Below are positions 48,164 to 64,000 of a DNA stretch of 64,000 nt, in pieces. Under the pieces are notes generated by a model. It was given only the letters and a program-made list of their open reading frames with translations. It had not been told where the DNA came from and searched no databases. The position numbers were made by a program, and so were the translations under genes. The stretch is from Schmidtea polychroa (lineage: Eukaryota): positions 38,256,001-38,320,000 of the forward strand of contig CM097885.1 of the NCBI GenBank assembly GCA_044892525.1, in the 5' to 3' direction. The number at the start of each line of letters is the position of its first letter. Position 1 is the first letter of the stretch.

Positions 48164-50616
48164 TTATTATAAAATCTAAGTTCGATTTGAAACTAACGTC
48201 CATAAAAATTGTTTATTAAATATAATAAAATGATTGAACAGGATGATGATGCTAAGTTTTTAACTAATCTCTGAAACTCATTCCAAAATGATCAACATAA
48301 TTCTGTAAATCACAATTAGACTTTTGTCAAATGGTGCTACCAGCATAACATAGGTATTGAAAAGGAAATCAGAAATCAATAAAAAATATTAATTATTTTA
48401 TTCAAATTAAATAAAAGATTTACAAAAAAACATTTATTTAAACTAAAAAATATAACTATTTTTAAATTTAATGAAATTAATAATTTTAAATATTAATAAA
48501 ATTGAATAATCAAATATTTTTAGCATAGGGAAAAGTTTATAACGACACAGTAAAAAAGATAAAATAATTAAATGATTAAAGTGTATACCAACTAGATTTT
48601 TGCCAATGGCCTCACGCCGGGAATAAAAATCACAAAAATCGCACCTGTAAATATTACTAATTCAATGTAAAGCGTTGAAAGAACATTGTTTAAGCAAAAG
48701 CTTTGACGATACATCTAATGCAACAAAAAATCAAGTAAAACTAATTTAAATATATTTATTTATTTCATTACACTAAAATTATATTTAAAGAAAAGAACTA
48801 ATTTACATAATTGGCAGTTGATGACATAAAATGTTCATTACTTCACTCAGTCACCTATTACAGGGATAAACTTATAATATATGAGCCAAAACTATAACGG
48901 GTAGTAAATAAAAAGATCTGGTGAGAAATACAAGTTATCAATCAAGAAATGACAAAAATAATTTTAAGAAGTCTGAAATCAAAATTTTGAGTAATTTTGA
49001 GTAAAGTAATTCCTTGGAGTTGAAAAACGAATAAAATGATCAGAAAATTGATAATTTAATTCTGTAATGAGTTTAATTTTAATTAATTAACTGTTTCTCC
49101 AAAAAAAAACATTCAACATTATACAGGAAAGAAGGAATCTTAACCACTTAAATTCAGGTTGCAGTCAGAAATAAAGTTAACAATCTCTGACGATATTAAT
49201 TAAAGTGCAGATAAAATATTTGGAATATCAAATAAAATATTTTTTATGAATCTATTGCAAAAATAAAATAGGCAATTGTTAGTTAAAATAAATTAGTAAC
49301 AGAAGCAACGGGAAAAACATATTTTTGGCTCATGTCATGGCAATAATGGGACAAATTATTTACAAAGTGATTTATGATGCTTTTACTAAGCACATATTTA
49401 ACTAAAAAGCTTTTTTTATTCGTTACATTATTAATCCATCGAGTGCCAGATTTTTTTAGTTCCATATTTTTTGGAAGTTTAAGTATCATATTTAAGAAGA
49501 TTATAAAATTAATTATATTAAATTTTTAACTTTATTATTAATAAATAGAAATGGATGATAAAGACATTTTAATCAACACAAGACGTTATATGTTCCAATA
49601 GAATTGCAATTCTTCAAACTTTAATTAAAACAGAATATTATTGATAAATTTTATATAAATAATCACTGTTAATTACAAAATTAACATTTTTAAGTCAAGT
49701 TTTAAAATTGTTTATAACGGTTTATATGTAGTATTTTCAGAAAAAGGACGTCATTAATATAGGAAAAACATTGAATTAAGAAAATTCTGTATTTTTTCTA
49801 GTTTAAATAGCTCAAATTAAATATTATCAAGCAAATAAATGTCCATTATTCAATATCTATTAGCAACCCCGTTTAAAATACATAAATTGTTTTTTATTAA
49901 TAACTTTATAAATAAATGTTTTAGAATATCCTTTTTTAAGAGAGGCGATTTTTATTGCAAATTTAATATAATTACATGTTCATTGTATTTTGTAGTTAAT
50001 TATATAAGAGTTAGTTAAAATGTAAGAAAATGTAAATACCGGTATTTTCATACTGTAAAATTGTACGTTACGCTTGATTTTTATATCGATATTGCAATCA
50101 CTAATCGGATGTCAAAAAAATCATAAAATTCAGTGAAATAATTAAATAATAAGCCTTATTTGGTGCTATCTCTGTATAATGTAAGTTAGAGGTGAACTAC
50201 GACCGTTGAGGGTTAAATGTATTTATTATATTTAATAACAACGTCGAACTTATATAATAAATAGTTCAATTTCATGCAAAAATAAGTCAAATTATAATTG
50301 CTTAAGTTAAAATCTAAATTAAACAAGAACTTTGTTTATTTCTAACATTGACTCGAAAACTAAGAAAAAATATAAAAAATCATTTTAAAATAAAATTTCA
50401 AAATCTACCATCATTAGTCCAATGCTAGTTGAACATACAATTAGTAATTAGTAATTATCAACTACAATAATGGTGAAAATTCCAAATAGTTTTCTATGAA
50501 ATCGATTTGTCAATTAAGACTGTCTGCAAATCAATGCTAAGAAAACAACAAAATATCGACATCAATGCCGATTAAATTTATTTCAATTGTAAATAAACTC
50601 CAAGTCAATCACTAAG

Positions 50617-50988
<372 letters not shown>

Positions 50989-51501
50989 TAAACATAATAT
51001 GAAAAAGAATATGAATATGATAAATAAAAATGAAATAAATAACACCTTAAAAATTAATGGCAGATAAATTTGTCAATTCGATTCTATGAAAATGTCATTT
51101 GGCGACCATGAAAATGTCAAATATTCACCTGGCAGTCTCAGTTTATTTAATCATTGTGCAGCTTCAATAAAATAACAGTAAGAATCATTACAAAATATAT
51201 AAACAAATCTCATCCAAGTTACCAGTAAGTTGAAAAAATAAATTTTTAATTGCAACAAAATGCTAATGAAGAAATTGATTTTATTTTAATAAATTCACAA
51301 ATTAACTTTTACTTGGTTTTTATTTTCGAACAATTTCTATAATTGTATATATTTAATTAAAATCTATTTGTTATTTCAAATAATATTTCAATTGATTTAT
51401 GAATGTGATAATAATGACTGTATGATCGCTATTAAATTATTGATTTATTATCATTGATATTTATTATCATTAAATATTGGGGAATTAATCAATGTATTAT
51501 T

Positions 51502-51548
<47 letters not shown>

Positions 51549-51949
51549 CAATAAATAAATGTATAATTAATAATATTAATAACAATAATAATATTAGAAA
51601 ACTAATTGTATTTTAAATCGAATCGATAGTATAATTAACAAATAATATTATAAAAACTGATTTGTTTATCATTTTGTAATTAATGATGTGCTAAGATTTT
51701 CTCTAAGTTAATTACTCCCATCCTGATGGTTAATATTTGCTTTTCGATATTGTAATCCCGATTATCCCCTGTTTGAAGAATGATAATTAAAATGAACATG
51801 CTTTATCAGACTGAACACGCCCTAGCAGATACAGACAAATACATAGCATTAACAACGACACTAGGTGTTACTAAAAAATACATTTATTGAAAGTCATAGT
51901 CATCATTTATAAGAATAAAAAGAGGAATAATTACATATAATATCATTGG

Positions 51950-52520
51950 AAAATAACAAACTACTAATATCCCTATGTTGAAAATACTCGATAATTACTG
52001 TGAGATCTGGTGGGTAAACAAAATATTTGAACCGATAAAAATGCAGAGACGAGTTTCACAAAGTGCATTCCATAACATTGGTAACGAGGTTTTGCACAAG
52101 AATTCATTGCTAAATATTTATTTTACAGTTTATGCATTATCAATGAAAAATCATATGAAAACTGGGGATTTTATCATTTTGTAGTTTCATATATGTAGAA
52201 GTGATAATATTTTGCTTATACAAACTTATAGAATTCAGAGAGAAACAAAAATTATAAAAGGTATAACAGTTTAAATAGAAAACTGAGGTTTTCTCTATTA
52301 TAGATTGTCCAAATATTTCCAAATTAAATTATACAATCGCGATAAGAAACAGCATGACAACATATTTTGTATTAAACAAGCCATGTGGAACAGTGAGATC
52401 GACTATTTTGTTGATATCGGTCATGAGCAAGCTTTTATGGCAGCTGAAAATCTAACAATTCATACAGGCTGCAAAACCGGAACCTTGAAAATCTAATTTG
52501 TTTTTTTACTACATTGTTAA
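51950..52520 (+). mobile_element. Possible very decayed hAT transposase C-terminus
   Basis: EQAFMAAENL...FVFL loosely resembles the hAT dimerisation motif ERxFSxAG...LxFL. Confidence 0.25.
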
Positions 52521-54644
52521 TTTATATCTTACATTTATCTTTTCTTCCTGTTTTGTACATAACTAGTAATTATATATGAAAATTAAAAAAAAATTTTGAA
52601 AATTTTTTGTATTATTTATTTTATTTTGCATTACATAACTAAAGCATACAAATCTACAGACAATATTTGTGCATAAATACGTAAATATATTTTTTATTTT
52701 TAGAAAATTAATAAAATACAGTTGAAAAGTTTCAAAAAATTTCACAGTTGCTCATTACGGTATTAAGACGGTTGTGATGTTTACCGTTTATAAGCATTTT
52801 ATACAATAATCTATACATTTAATATAATTGAACTAATAATTTAATTAATGAATATTCAAAAATAATTTTCAACACTCATGAAGCAAAAATTTGAAAAATC
52901 TAGGAAATCGATGAAGAGTGAATCTTCAAATAAGCGCCTAATACTTGCAATAATTTACAAAAAAGACATTAATAAATGTGTTTCATACTGCAAACCAATC
53001 ATAGCAAGCACGGACTTGTAGAATTTGGTCATAAGTTTGGCCCAATTTCTAATTCCGTCCAGTGACTGCTGTTTCGTAAGTTATTCATGGTGAGTAACAT
53101 AATGTTTGTTTGCAAAATTAGTAATTCAAAACCTACAATAAGAGACCAAGTAAAAACAATTCGTTGTTTACATTAGGTTCGTTGTCGAATAGTTAGAAAA
53201 TGAATTTGATTTCACAACAAATTTGCGTATATCGATTTCGGTACATTGTCAATTAGTTCGACTTCACTTTCAATGCTTTGAAAACGTTCAAATCATGACT
53301 TAATTTTTCACTATCAACCTATTTTATTTGGTAGGATACGTTTAATGCGAATACTGCATGAATGTTTTTAATTTATCACTTAGAATTCAAGCACTTGACG
53401 CTATCAATAATAAAAAAAAATCCATTGAAAACTTTTGATTTTCAGTTTTGGTTTCGGACAAAATGTTTGTTCTGTATTTTACATAAATGATGTGTCATAT
53501 AAATATTGCGTTGTACTGGATTAGCACAATACTTGAACTATTGTGAGTGTAACATGTTTAATACTGAGTGCAAGACCGTGGAGATTAAGCTATCTACGAT
53601 TTTCAGAGTTTTCTTGGTTTAATTACATTTTCTCAGAATAAATAAAACAATTAAAATAATATACTCAAACAAAGCATTTATTATTTTAATTAAGCAATTA
53701 CTAATCTATAATTTGCGTTGTTTAATTGATAAGAAATTGAATGCTTCGTGGAAATAACATTCAAAATTAATAAATTTTAATGAGAAATATAAAAAAAGAC
53801 ATTTTTTATTAATTTAATATCAATTACTTTTTTTCATTAAGAAATAATACTAATAATAATATACACTTATGATATATATATATATATATATATATATAGG
53901 CTCTCATCAGTACTATGCAAGAGACACGAAGAAACTAGTCTACTATTGGGATTTGCACTGAGTATCACAAAGCTTGTAATGTTTATATTATTTTAATGTT
54001 AGACATCCGTAAAAAAATATATATATAAATGACTTGAAAAAGGCTGTGCCGAAAATTCGTGAATATAAAAAAAACATCGATATATATATATATATATACT
54101 AATTCATAATCAATTTTTTTTAATAAATACAATATCAATTGAAAAGAAATCAGAGGTGAAAATTTAAAGAAGTTATAATATTCATTATAAAGATTTTAAA
54201 TTGGTAACAGCTTCGATTAATTAACGAAACAAAACCAAAGTAACAGTCGGAACTTTAATTGTGGAGTGATTAAATCATTCATTTGTAATAAAAATTAATC
54301 AATCTTCCCACAATAAATCGATCGGATTTAAAAAGTAAAAATTGAAAACATAAACACAACTTGAAAATTAAGAAAGATTAAATAAAAATACATTGATTAA
54401 AAAACAAAGTCAGTAAATATCAGTCACAGCTTGGCGGAAATATTCTAAAAGACAGCGAATAAGGGAAATAAATAAATAATTTAATAACAAAACTTAATTT
54501 TAAAAATTAAAGAAATTAAAATGAAATATTTATTGATAATAAAAATTCTAATAACAGTAATTTTTCAAGAATGTTTGTATTTAGAATAAATATACCAATT
54601 CGTAATATTTATTTGTAGATATTGTCAATTCAAAATGTCATAAA

Positions 54645-56448
54645 CATGGGCGTCCGCAGGAATTTTTCCAAGGGGGGGGGGGCAAAAATATTTTTTTTCC
54701 AAGTAGACATTTTTTCTAGGGGGGGGAAGAGAGTTAAAAAATGCATGTTTATGATAAATATTTGAGGCATTATAGGACTTTTTTTCGTTTATTTACAAAA
54801 TAGAACACATTTTTATTAATTTACAAAATAGAACACTTTTTTTATAACCAGAACGTCAGTTAATATTGAAAGTTTTTATACAAATAAGATGATTTGAAAT
54901 CATTGATTTCCAGATATAATTAATAGCATTAAAATAACAGGAAGCCTCTTTAAATTTAATTTTTTTATTAATCTTTTTTGTCTTGGGTTTTTTCAACATT
55001 GTTTGAGCGCATCTATTAAAATTTCTTTAAATTAATCGAAAAATAGAATGGTTTAGGAAATTCAAGGGGCAAGTGCCCCCCCCCCCCCCCCCCACTTGCG
55101 GACGCCCATGTATATTGATGATTTCAATTAAAGTCATTTTTATCGTTGAAACATTAATGTGATTTTAGGACTAAACAGAATCAAAAAACGTAAAAAAAAA
55201 TTCTTTTTTGTATATTTTCCATAAATACTTATTCAATTATAAAACCAAATTACAGACTTATTCATAAATATTACTTTTTGAAAAGAAACTGCAAACGTCT
55301 GTGATCTTGACCAAATTTATTGATCACTTTGTCCATTATTATTCGCTTTTTTTACTGTCATTGATTCTGTCACGATGAACACTCATCATGCAAAGTCCAG
55401 AAAGTTTATTTTCACACATTGTTGACCTTAGCCACGTTTTGACTCTTTCCAGTGTGCTAAATGATCTTTCAACAGTATAAGTTGATACTGGCAATGTTAA
55501 AGCAATAAAAACTGCTTTCTTAATAGCTGGAAAAGGTCTGTGAATTATAATAAATTCATAATTCCATCGCTACTTTTGATTTCAAAATTCGACTTTTTAT
55601 TTGACCGCATCTCAAACCAAGTGCTTGCCTCAGCATCAAAGTTTTCAATTTGATACTCTTATGATGTTTTCTGTGTGAGTTTTGAATTCATCTTTTGAAA
55701 TTTTCAACATTTCGACTGGGTGAAGTGAAAATAGACTAAAATTGATTTTGTTATTGTCATTGAATCTGCTCTCAAACGATGAGATGATTGAATCCAAGTA
55801 TGGTTTGAAGACAGATCTTCGAAAGTATTCTTCAACAGTTGAACCACCATTATTTGAACGGTGTGTTTGCCTCTTACATTGTCTGGGAATTGTTAACTGG
55901 ATGTTTAAATGTTCTGCTAATTTCTCACTTTGAGAAATGATGGTCTTAAAAAACTCTTCGGCATTTTTTTCTGTGCTGCATTTAGCTCTATTCTCTTTTA
56001 TTAAAACTCACAAACCTTTCATCTTTTTTTCTCAAGTAAAATAATATTGTTCTACAAACACTTCAAAAAATGCAAAAAAATGAAAAAAAAATATTGATCT
56101 ATAGTCGAAAATGAAGATACATAATTTGAATTTAAAAATAATCAAACAGTAAATAAGAAAATAATGGATTTATTATTAATTTTAAGCTTACAATTTGTAG
56201 ATAAGTTCCTTTATTATTTTCATTATTAATCAATTTATTTATAAATCAATATTTGAGTGAAATAAATAAAAAACAGTGTTTAACATTAAAGACAAACAGT
56301 AAGCCTCTTTAAATTAAATTTCTTTATTAATTTTTTTGTCTTGGGTTTTTCCAACATTGTTTGAACGCATCTATTAATATGTGTTTAAATTAATAGAAAA
56401 ATAGAATGGTTTGGGAAATCCGGGGGAGGGGGGGGGCAAGTGCCCATG
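54645..56448 (-). mobile_element. Composite hAT element with a duplicated right end and a decayed transposase C-terminus (~55260-55990)
   Basis: TIR CATGGGCGTCCGCA; right ends at 55110 and 56448; TSD GTCATAAA/GCCATAAA around the outer ends; ALTLPVSTYTVERSFSTLERVKTWLRSTM. Confidence 0.82.
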
Positions 56449-57303
56449 GCCATAAAAATAAAATATTTGTAATTAATTTTAAGATATTAAAATTTTTTTA
56501 TGCATTAATAACATCTTTAATTTTACTGTATTTAACTTTTAGATTATTAACATAAACACGTAAATACCATAAGATGTAAGGTCAAAACATTTATTAATAA
56601 AAATGTACAAAAGCATAATTAATATACACAAAAAATATAGTAGCTAGCTACTATATGGGGCTGTGGGTTCGCCGGTTTGTCATTTACCACTAGTAATCAT
56701 ATTATTCAGTCAAGGACAAGCTAAATATAAACAAAATTCTGCAAAATTTATAATAATTTCCTTAATATTTTCCTCTGCATAAATACTAATTTTAATTAAT
56801 ATCTACACATACGTTTAATATTTTTCAAATAATCAATAACAAATTAACAGTATTTTATTAATCTACGACTAAAATTCCAAGTAAATTACAAAATTTCACA
56901 AAATCGGTCATTTTTATTGAATCAACAGATTAAAATAAAATGACTCATTTCAACATGAAGAAAGCTTAAGAAAAAAACACTTTAAAATTTTCATGGAAAT
57001 TAAATCCTTTGAGGTTAGGTAACTCTTAAAATCAATAAAATTGAATTTAAATGTGTAATGAGAAATTATAATTAATAGAAAATTACTCTGAAATTATTAT
57101 TAATTTTTATCAAATAGATAGATAAAATCTGTTTAAAACATAGTTAAAAATTAAAATAAGTTTTCAGATGAAATATGATACATTAAAAACATCTGACCTA
57201 TTGAGCATTCCTCTGTTACATTGAAAACATTAAAAGGAAAATGTACGTAGAAGGTTATAAGTGACAGCTATAAATATACATGGGAAATAATTTCCTCAAA
57301 GTT

Positions 57304-57412
<109 letters not shown>

Positions 57413-59695
57413 TTTTAAATTTACAGAAACTTACATCTCAAAAAGATAATACTCTTAGGTATTCTATGAAAATATTGAAGACAAAAACAGTTTAAAAAGT
57501 TCCTTAATTTACTAATTAATTAGCATAATTTTCAAGAAGGATTTATTTAGCGGAAATGTATCTGGCCATTCTATTTTAATCTGTAAAAACTATATTCAAT
57601 ATCTTTTTCATTCATTTAAGCAAAAATATTAATTTTCAAATTAATTTGATTATTAAATTAAATTTTCTATGATTTATATTTAAATTAACAGTAAAATTAG
57701 TTTGAACGAAAGGTAAACAAACAAGCTATTGATGATGCCAACAATGATGAAAAAGCTGCTGATGAGTTTATATATAATCATAATAATCTGAAAACTATTA
57801 ATAGATTATTTATGATACATGGAGCCTTGATGATTAAGAAATTATTCTGATTTGCAATTGCAGATCTACAAAATCAGTGCTTTCTAATGACAAACGACTG
57901 ATAGTTGTAAACGTATTGGTAATTGTTGAAAATAAATTTCAATATAAATAATCCTCATTAGATTTGTAAATTAAGTATCAAAAATGACGGTATAATTAAT
58001 CCAACTTCTAATGTCATCATCAGGGATAAGCCTGAAATTATATAATTATTACCGGAAATATCACATAACCATGTCGTGGTAATTGCAGCTAAATTATCAA
58101 CACTAGATATTCCCATCAAATAATTATTATTATGAGGTTCATTTTTGATTCTGAAACTGTAGGGATTTTAATAGTTATATTTAACTATTTTTTCCACATA
58201 TTCATTAAAAAAATTTTTTATGTTTATATTAATAAAAATATTAAATAAAAAATATGGCGCCATTCAAATAAAACTGCAATAAAATACAAAAAGACACTGA
58301 CCTTTTTCACGTAAATATTTTTAAATTAAAAATGAAGAAAGAGAAAAAGAAATCTATATTAGTTTATTGGTAGGGATAGTGCAAATAAATCGTTTGTAGT
58401 TAATTTGATAGAAAAATCTAAAATGATTTATGAAAGTAAACGTTTTGCTCTAATCATACTACGAAAATGATAAAATAATTGTTGATATTTAACACAAACT
58501 TTCGGCACTAACTCGTACGAGTGTCATTTAACAAAATAAAGGGAAAATAAATGATTTAACCTATTCTTGATATTGAACACAAGAAATATTTTTAATTATT
58601 TCAATAAATTTCCACAGGCCTTACTGACAGGATTGTCATTATTATATAATTGTACATAAGATAAATGGATAAATAAAAAATTACAAATGAAAATAACCTC
58701 ATACTAATACAATGAACTAAAACTAATTCCCAGAAGATTAAAAACTGATCTTTAAAAATTCCAATACTATATTTTCGTTAAATTTATAAATTAACTAGAT
58801 AAAACTGAAAGGAGAAATAATTAGAAAAAGCAAAACTATCTATCAGAATTAATCCAGCATTATGCTTCTTTCTCTCAATTCCATTTCCATTTGAAATTCA
58901 TGAAAATTTAACCAAAATACTAAGAATAACGCCTTTGGCGTGGCTATATGCTCATTACGTGAACAAGTGGAAATTACAAATCCATTAAATTTGACATATT
59001 CACAGATCTTCATTTATTTCTAGACTATAGATCAATATTTTACAGGGAAGTGAAGATAAAGGAAATTGGAAAAGAAAATTAAAAAGGAGCAATAGGATAA
59101 AGGAATTTATTTATCATATTCACAAGGGATAAAAATACAAATAGGAATTGATGAATAAACATTTCCCATCGATATGTTGGCACCTTTGTAGGTATCGGGA
59201 TAATGTTAAAATTCTTTAATTTCTTTAAATTTTTAATTAATATTTTTTAATTATTTAATAATTAATAATAATGAAAAAAATAACATGAAAAATGAAAGTA
59301 TTAGTAAAAAAATCTTTTTAACTTTACTTAAACTTTCCAAAGAAAATTATATAAAATGGATATTTATATAATTCTTGAATATTGTTAACAAACGAAAACT
59401 GAATATAAATCATAAAAAGATTTTTTTTATATTTGTTTAAACTTAATGTTACAAAAATAAATGTCAATATTTAAAACAAATTGAGAATTATGCTTCCTAA
59501 AGCAAATTTCGTTTATGGAAATACTTATTCCCATGACTTGGGAAAGGATAAAACGTTTTATAGGACATGGAAAATAAAATTATTTTTGTAGTATAATGGC
59601 GAGTTTAAAAATGATAATGGAATTAATGTAGCAGATTAGAGAAACCAAAATAATACATTTCAGAAAAAATAAGTTTTAAATGTTTTTGATATGAA

Positions 59696-59814
<119 letters not shown>

Positions 59815-60971
59815 TAAAATAAAATAATGAATCTGAATTGATATTTTATTAAATTAATTAAAAAAGCTTTTTGTTTAAACTCTCTAAAATCAATTTAATT
59901 TTGAATCCCCATTGCAGGTGGTTTCAAAGAGAATCGTTTTATAAACCGATATTGGAATGCAGTCATTGGAATTGTAATTTATAATTCCGCTCATCTTTGA
60001 TCTCAAGTATTTTAATATTCATAATGTGATAAAAGTCCATTTAATGAAGAAAATACTAACAAATTTTTTTAATTTGAATAAATTCTAAATTTAAATGAAT
60101 TTGACTGTTAGAAATGCGGTTGTTGAATGTTCACTGACATGAAAATTTCCAAATTAATTATTAACCTTTCATTAAAAATAATTTATTGTTTTGTTTATTT
60201 GAAATAATTTTTAAGAAAATAATATTTAAATATTGAAAATTATAAAAATTTATTTATAGAAATATAGATATTAAATTTGGAAATATACAAAAAATATATA
60301 AAAAATTAAAAATCTAATATTATGTGACCATTTAAATATGAACCGTAAACTGTTAAGTGAATTCAGTATGGAATTTCAAATCATAAAATAACAGTCTATA
60401 AAACAAATTATGAGAATTTTTTTGAAAAATGTTCTAGCAAAAGAAAACATTAGTTAATCAGATAAAATGACAATGGATTAATTAGAATAGGACAATTACT
60501 AGAGAAATTATTTAATTATTTAATAATGTAAATTAATACATTTCCTTCTTGCCGTTGTTATATTGTAGTCTTATAACTTTTTATTTTTAAGAAGCAATAA
60601 TCTCTACTCTTTTTCAATGAGCAAAATAAAATAGAAGTTTTATCAATTGTTTCTTATCTCAAGTTTTCTTGATTGTTTGCATGATTTTTTTTCTAACTTT
60701 AATGGAGAACTAGGTTAAAAACTAAGAGAAGCATTAATAGAAACTAGTTGTTTTATTACCAACATAAAATAACATAATTGAGAATTAATATCCAAAAATG
60801 TTAATAAAATCGAGTAAAAATGGTAAAAAGAAATCGATAATGCATGTTAGGAGGTACCTTACAAATTTACTAAAAATTTTATTTGACTTTTTTGTCAACA
60901 TTTAATATTGCCACTGTTGCGTAATAGTCATTAAAAACGCATTGATTAATTTAATTTTTAATAAATAAAAA

Positions 60972-61206
60972 TATAAACTTAGACAATGTATACATTAACT
61001 AGTTAAAGTTTTAAATCCAGTTAAAGTATACAGTCACTAGTAAATGTTTTACTAGTAAAATTTTTAGACAATACTAAAATAATAAAATGTATATTATATC
61101 TAGGTAGTATGCTGTATTGCAACATGGCTGACTAGAATAACATTTATGTATTTTATTAGAGAATGTATACATTATTTGGTTAATATATACATTGTCTAAG
61201 TTTATA
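60972..61206. repeat. Inverted-repeat-bounded element (MITE-like)
   Basis: TATAAACTTAGACAATGTATACATTAAC vs rc TATAAACTTAGACAATGTATATATTAAC (27/28). Confidence 0.6.
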
Positions 61207-62509
61207 CTTTTTTTTGACAAAGATCAAATATATTTTGTTATACGCAACATAAACTTTCGGTTTTGTTTTTATCAAATTTTTATCAATTTATTAAAGAAAC
61301 GATGAAAATAAATCAATAATTTCCTAATTTTCTATTAAAAACCGTTTTCAATATAAATTTTCCAAATTTATCAAAAAACCTAAATGAACCGGTTGATAAA
61401 TTTACAGTTTCTGCATCAAAAAATATCTATTGATAATTATTCTAAACAAAATGCCAAAAGAAAGAGTATTTTTAAATTTTTTTAAAGTAGTATCTTAAAA
61501 TTATATTTTTTGTTTTAATCATGTCAAGCAACTTGAAAGATTTTTAAAATAGGTTTTGTTTAAACTGATAAATTTTAGATGAAACGAGAAATGATTTTAT
61601 AAATCGGCAATTTGAATCAATTTTGTTAAATAAAATTAAATGATAATAAAATGCTTGCTAATCAGAGAAACATAAAAAATTTAATAGAAAAAAGAAAATC
61701 AACAATCTTTGAGTCTGAAAGCTCAGAATTTCAAATAAATTTAATGATAAAAGAAACTGTCAATTTTATAAGTAATTTCGTATTCGCATGACGGACACAA
61801 ATAATAGCTTGACAAAAAGCCTAAAAGTAATCTCTGTAAGACTTTATCATTATAACCTAGAAAGAAAAGATCTCCAAGTAAAATTTTATTATTTGGTGTA
61901 TTTGTCTTTCTATTAAAATATTTTGTCTTTTATTCGAAATAGAACTAAAATTATGAGGACATGATATGGAAATAGACGAGATTTCATTGCAACTGTACAT
62001 TTATTAGTTGTCAAAAGCAAAAGTTTAAAATTTATAAAGCACTACACCACGTGATTTCACCCTTCAATCCTCAGGGCTAAGCCACAATTGAAATATTATA
62101 AAATATTACTTTCACAATTTAATCAATAACAAAAATTCACAAAAACATTAATAATTAACAATTGTTACAAACTCTCGATATATTCCCAACGAACGCCAAG
62201 CGTTCCACATGAACCCGGGAGAATAATTCGTTCTACATTTCCTATTAAATGAATCCGTTATAGGCGAATCATTACTATGTATCAAATAATAACTAAATTG
62301 AACTTTTTACAAGACAAAATAGAAAGACAAATCCATTAATTTATCGATCAACTCACATATTAAGGGAAATTTTTATCCATAATTTTCATACAAAAAATTT
62401 CAATTTAATTTAATGGGAAAAAGTAATTGAATTTGAAAATTTTCAAAATCCGTCTACTTAATAAGAGTTAGTAAATCATTATTAAAATAATTATTAGATT
62501 TGTTACAAA

Positions 62510-62654
<145 letters not shown>

Positions 62655-62660
62655 GTAAAG

Positions 62661-62919
62661 CAGTGCTTCTCAAAATGGTGGTCCGCGAGTCAATAGTGAC
62701 CGGTCCGCAGAACATTTTTGTAAATTTTATTTTATTTTTAAGCGTTAAAATATTTACAATAGCACAAACAGGCACATCCGTCACATTAGTGTATTCGTTA
62801 ATAATTTTTTTATATTGTTTATTTGTTACTTTTTTAATAAATATAACTAATTAAAATTTATATTTTTGGATTAGGAAAAAATAACCGGTCCGTGACACAA
62901 AAAAGTTTGAGAGGCACTG
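62661..62919. mobile_element. hAT (Charlie-like) MITE
   Basis: TIRs CAGTGCTTCTCAAA / TTTGAGAGGCACTG; perfect 8-bp TSD ATGTAAAG. Confidence 0.93.
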
Positions 62920-64000
62920 ATGTAAAGAATAGTTTTATCATATTTGTAAAAATGTCAACTAAAATATATAGTATACATTCTGTATGTATATCCATATATA
63001 AATGGCTCCATTATTGGATGTAGGGAATTGGGCAATGTTTCAAAAAATATATCACTTTAATGGTCATGCCTATATGAAATAAACCACTATGAAAATAAAT
63101 AATTTTAAAGGGTATATTCAATAAATATAATAATCTATTTAAGGAAAATTTTTTTTTGGTATTCTTCTAAATCGACATCAACTTAAACGTTCTTTTTACT
63201 AATTATTGTTTTAATGTTAATCGTTTTAACTCTCCTATAACTCGATTAATTCGTACCATGCTATATGAAAACCCCGTTATGTGAAACTGAGAAGTGCATA
63301 GTAGAAATCAGAGCAAAACATATTGCGATATATAAAAACTACAGAATCATGTTATTCACATTAAATACAGGTATGAAATAAAAACCTTTAGATTAAATTT
63401 ATACTTTTATTGGTAAAAGTTAATAAATGTAATCGTGCATTTTAAATGAAATATAAATTAAAAAAGAATTATCCAACGAAAACAAAGAATTTGATATATT
63501 CTTTTAAAATTTTTAATATTTTTAAAAAATGAATTTTAGTGAAAATGTTAACTCTAGGCCTATCGAACTTTATTTTAAATCTGCTATTATTTGTAGAACC
63601 ATGCTAACCTAATACTTAAATTGCCGGCATATTTTGTGGGAAAACTACATAAACCACCGGCATATTTTGAGATGCTCTGCGAATATTTATTCATTACAAA
63701 AATAGAAATATCTTTATTAGGGCGTAATATATTTATATAAAACTTTATTTACTTGTAAAGAGTTCAACACTTTAGACAAAATGACACACATTAACGCGTG
63801 ACCGGGTGTTTAAGTGTTAATAATTAAATTTTAATTAACTGAGCCATTAGACAAAACCAAAAGGTTTTTAATAAAATGAGTCCTTTTTAAAAATAAGAAA
63901 TATAAAAAAAACTGTCAAGCTTGTAAATAATATTGTCAGATATATATTGTTTCATTTTAAATTTGATAGATAATATATTTCGTATGAGAACAATAAATTA

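Noticed and set aside
50195..50216. Isolated piggyBac-like termini (GAGGG|TTAA here; AAGTG|TTAA at ~63816)
   Set aside because: No partner ends were identified; too short to call elements
57700..58160. Coding-like island as an upstream exon of the cadherin-like gene
   Set aside because: Stops occur in the plausible frames on both strands and there is no recognisable motif

Overview
Very AT-rich eukaryotic (animal) genomic DNA with 44-48 nt introns and many (AT)n/(AAT)n tracts. The overall character suggests a planarian/flatworm, but that is an inference. Host genes are few: a complete 3-exon RACK1 (3988-5020, -), an unknown intronless 191-aa ORF directly downstream, and the last two coding exons of a probable protocadherin (43507-44280, -). 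Most of 1-41000 is a nested pile of transposable elements. The centrepiece is a young 11.66-kb LTR element (25410-37067, -) with near-identical 895/896-bp LTRs, a TAAC target-site duplication (TSD), a tRNA-Trp primer-binding site (PBS) and a polypurine tract (PPT). It has no recognisable protease/RT/RNase H/integrase. Instead it encodes Gag, 4 zinc knuckles, two tandem [helical domain + ubiquitin-like fold] modules, a Bcl-2-like domain, a signal peptide with a chuvirus-G-like (AYDC) glycoprotein fragment, a second membrane glycoprotein, and a separate DEDDh exonuclease gene. It sits head-on inside a decayed relative (about 15011-41000, +), which also hosts solo LTRs, an RLE-type (NeSL/R2-like) non-LTR retrotransposon, MITEs and Tc1/Tigger fragments. 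All domain calls are by-eye motif recognition, not database searches.
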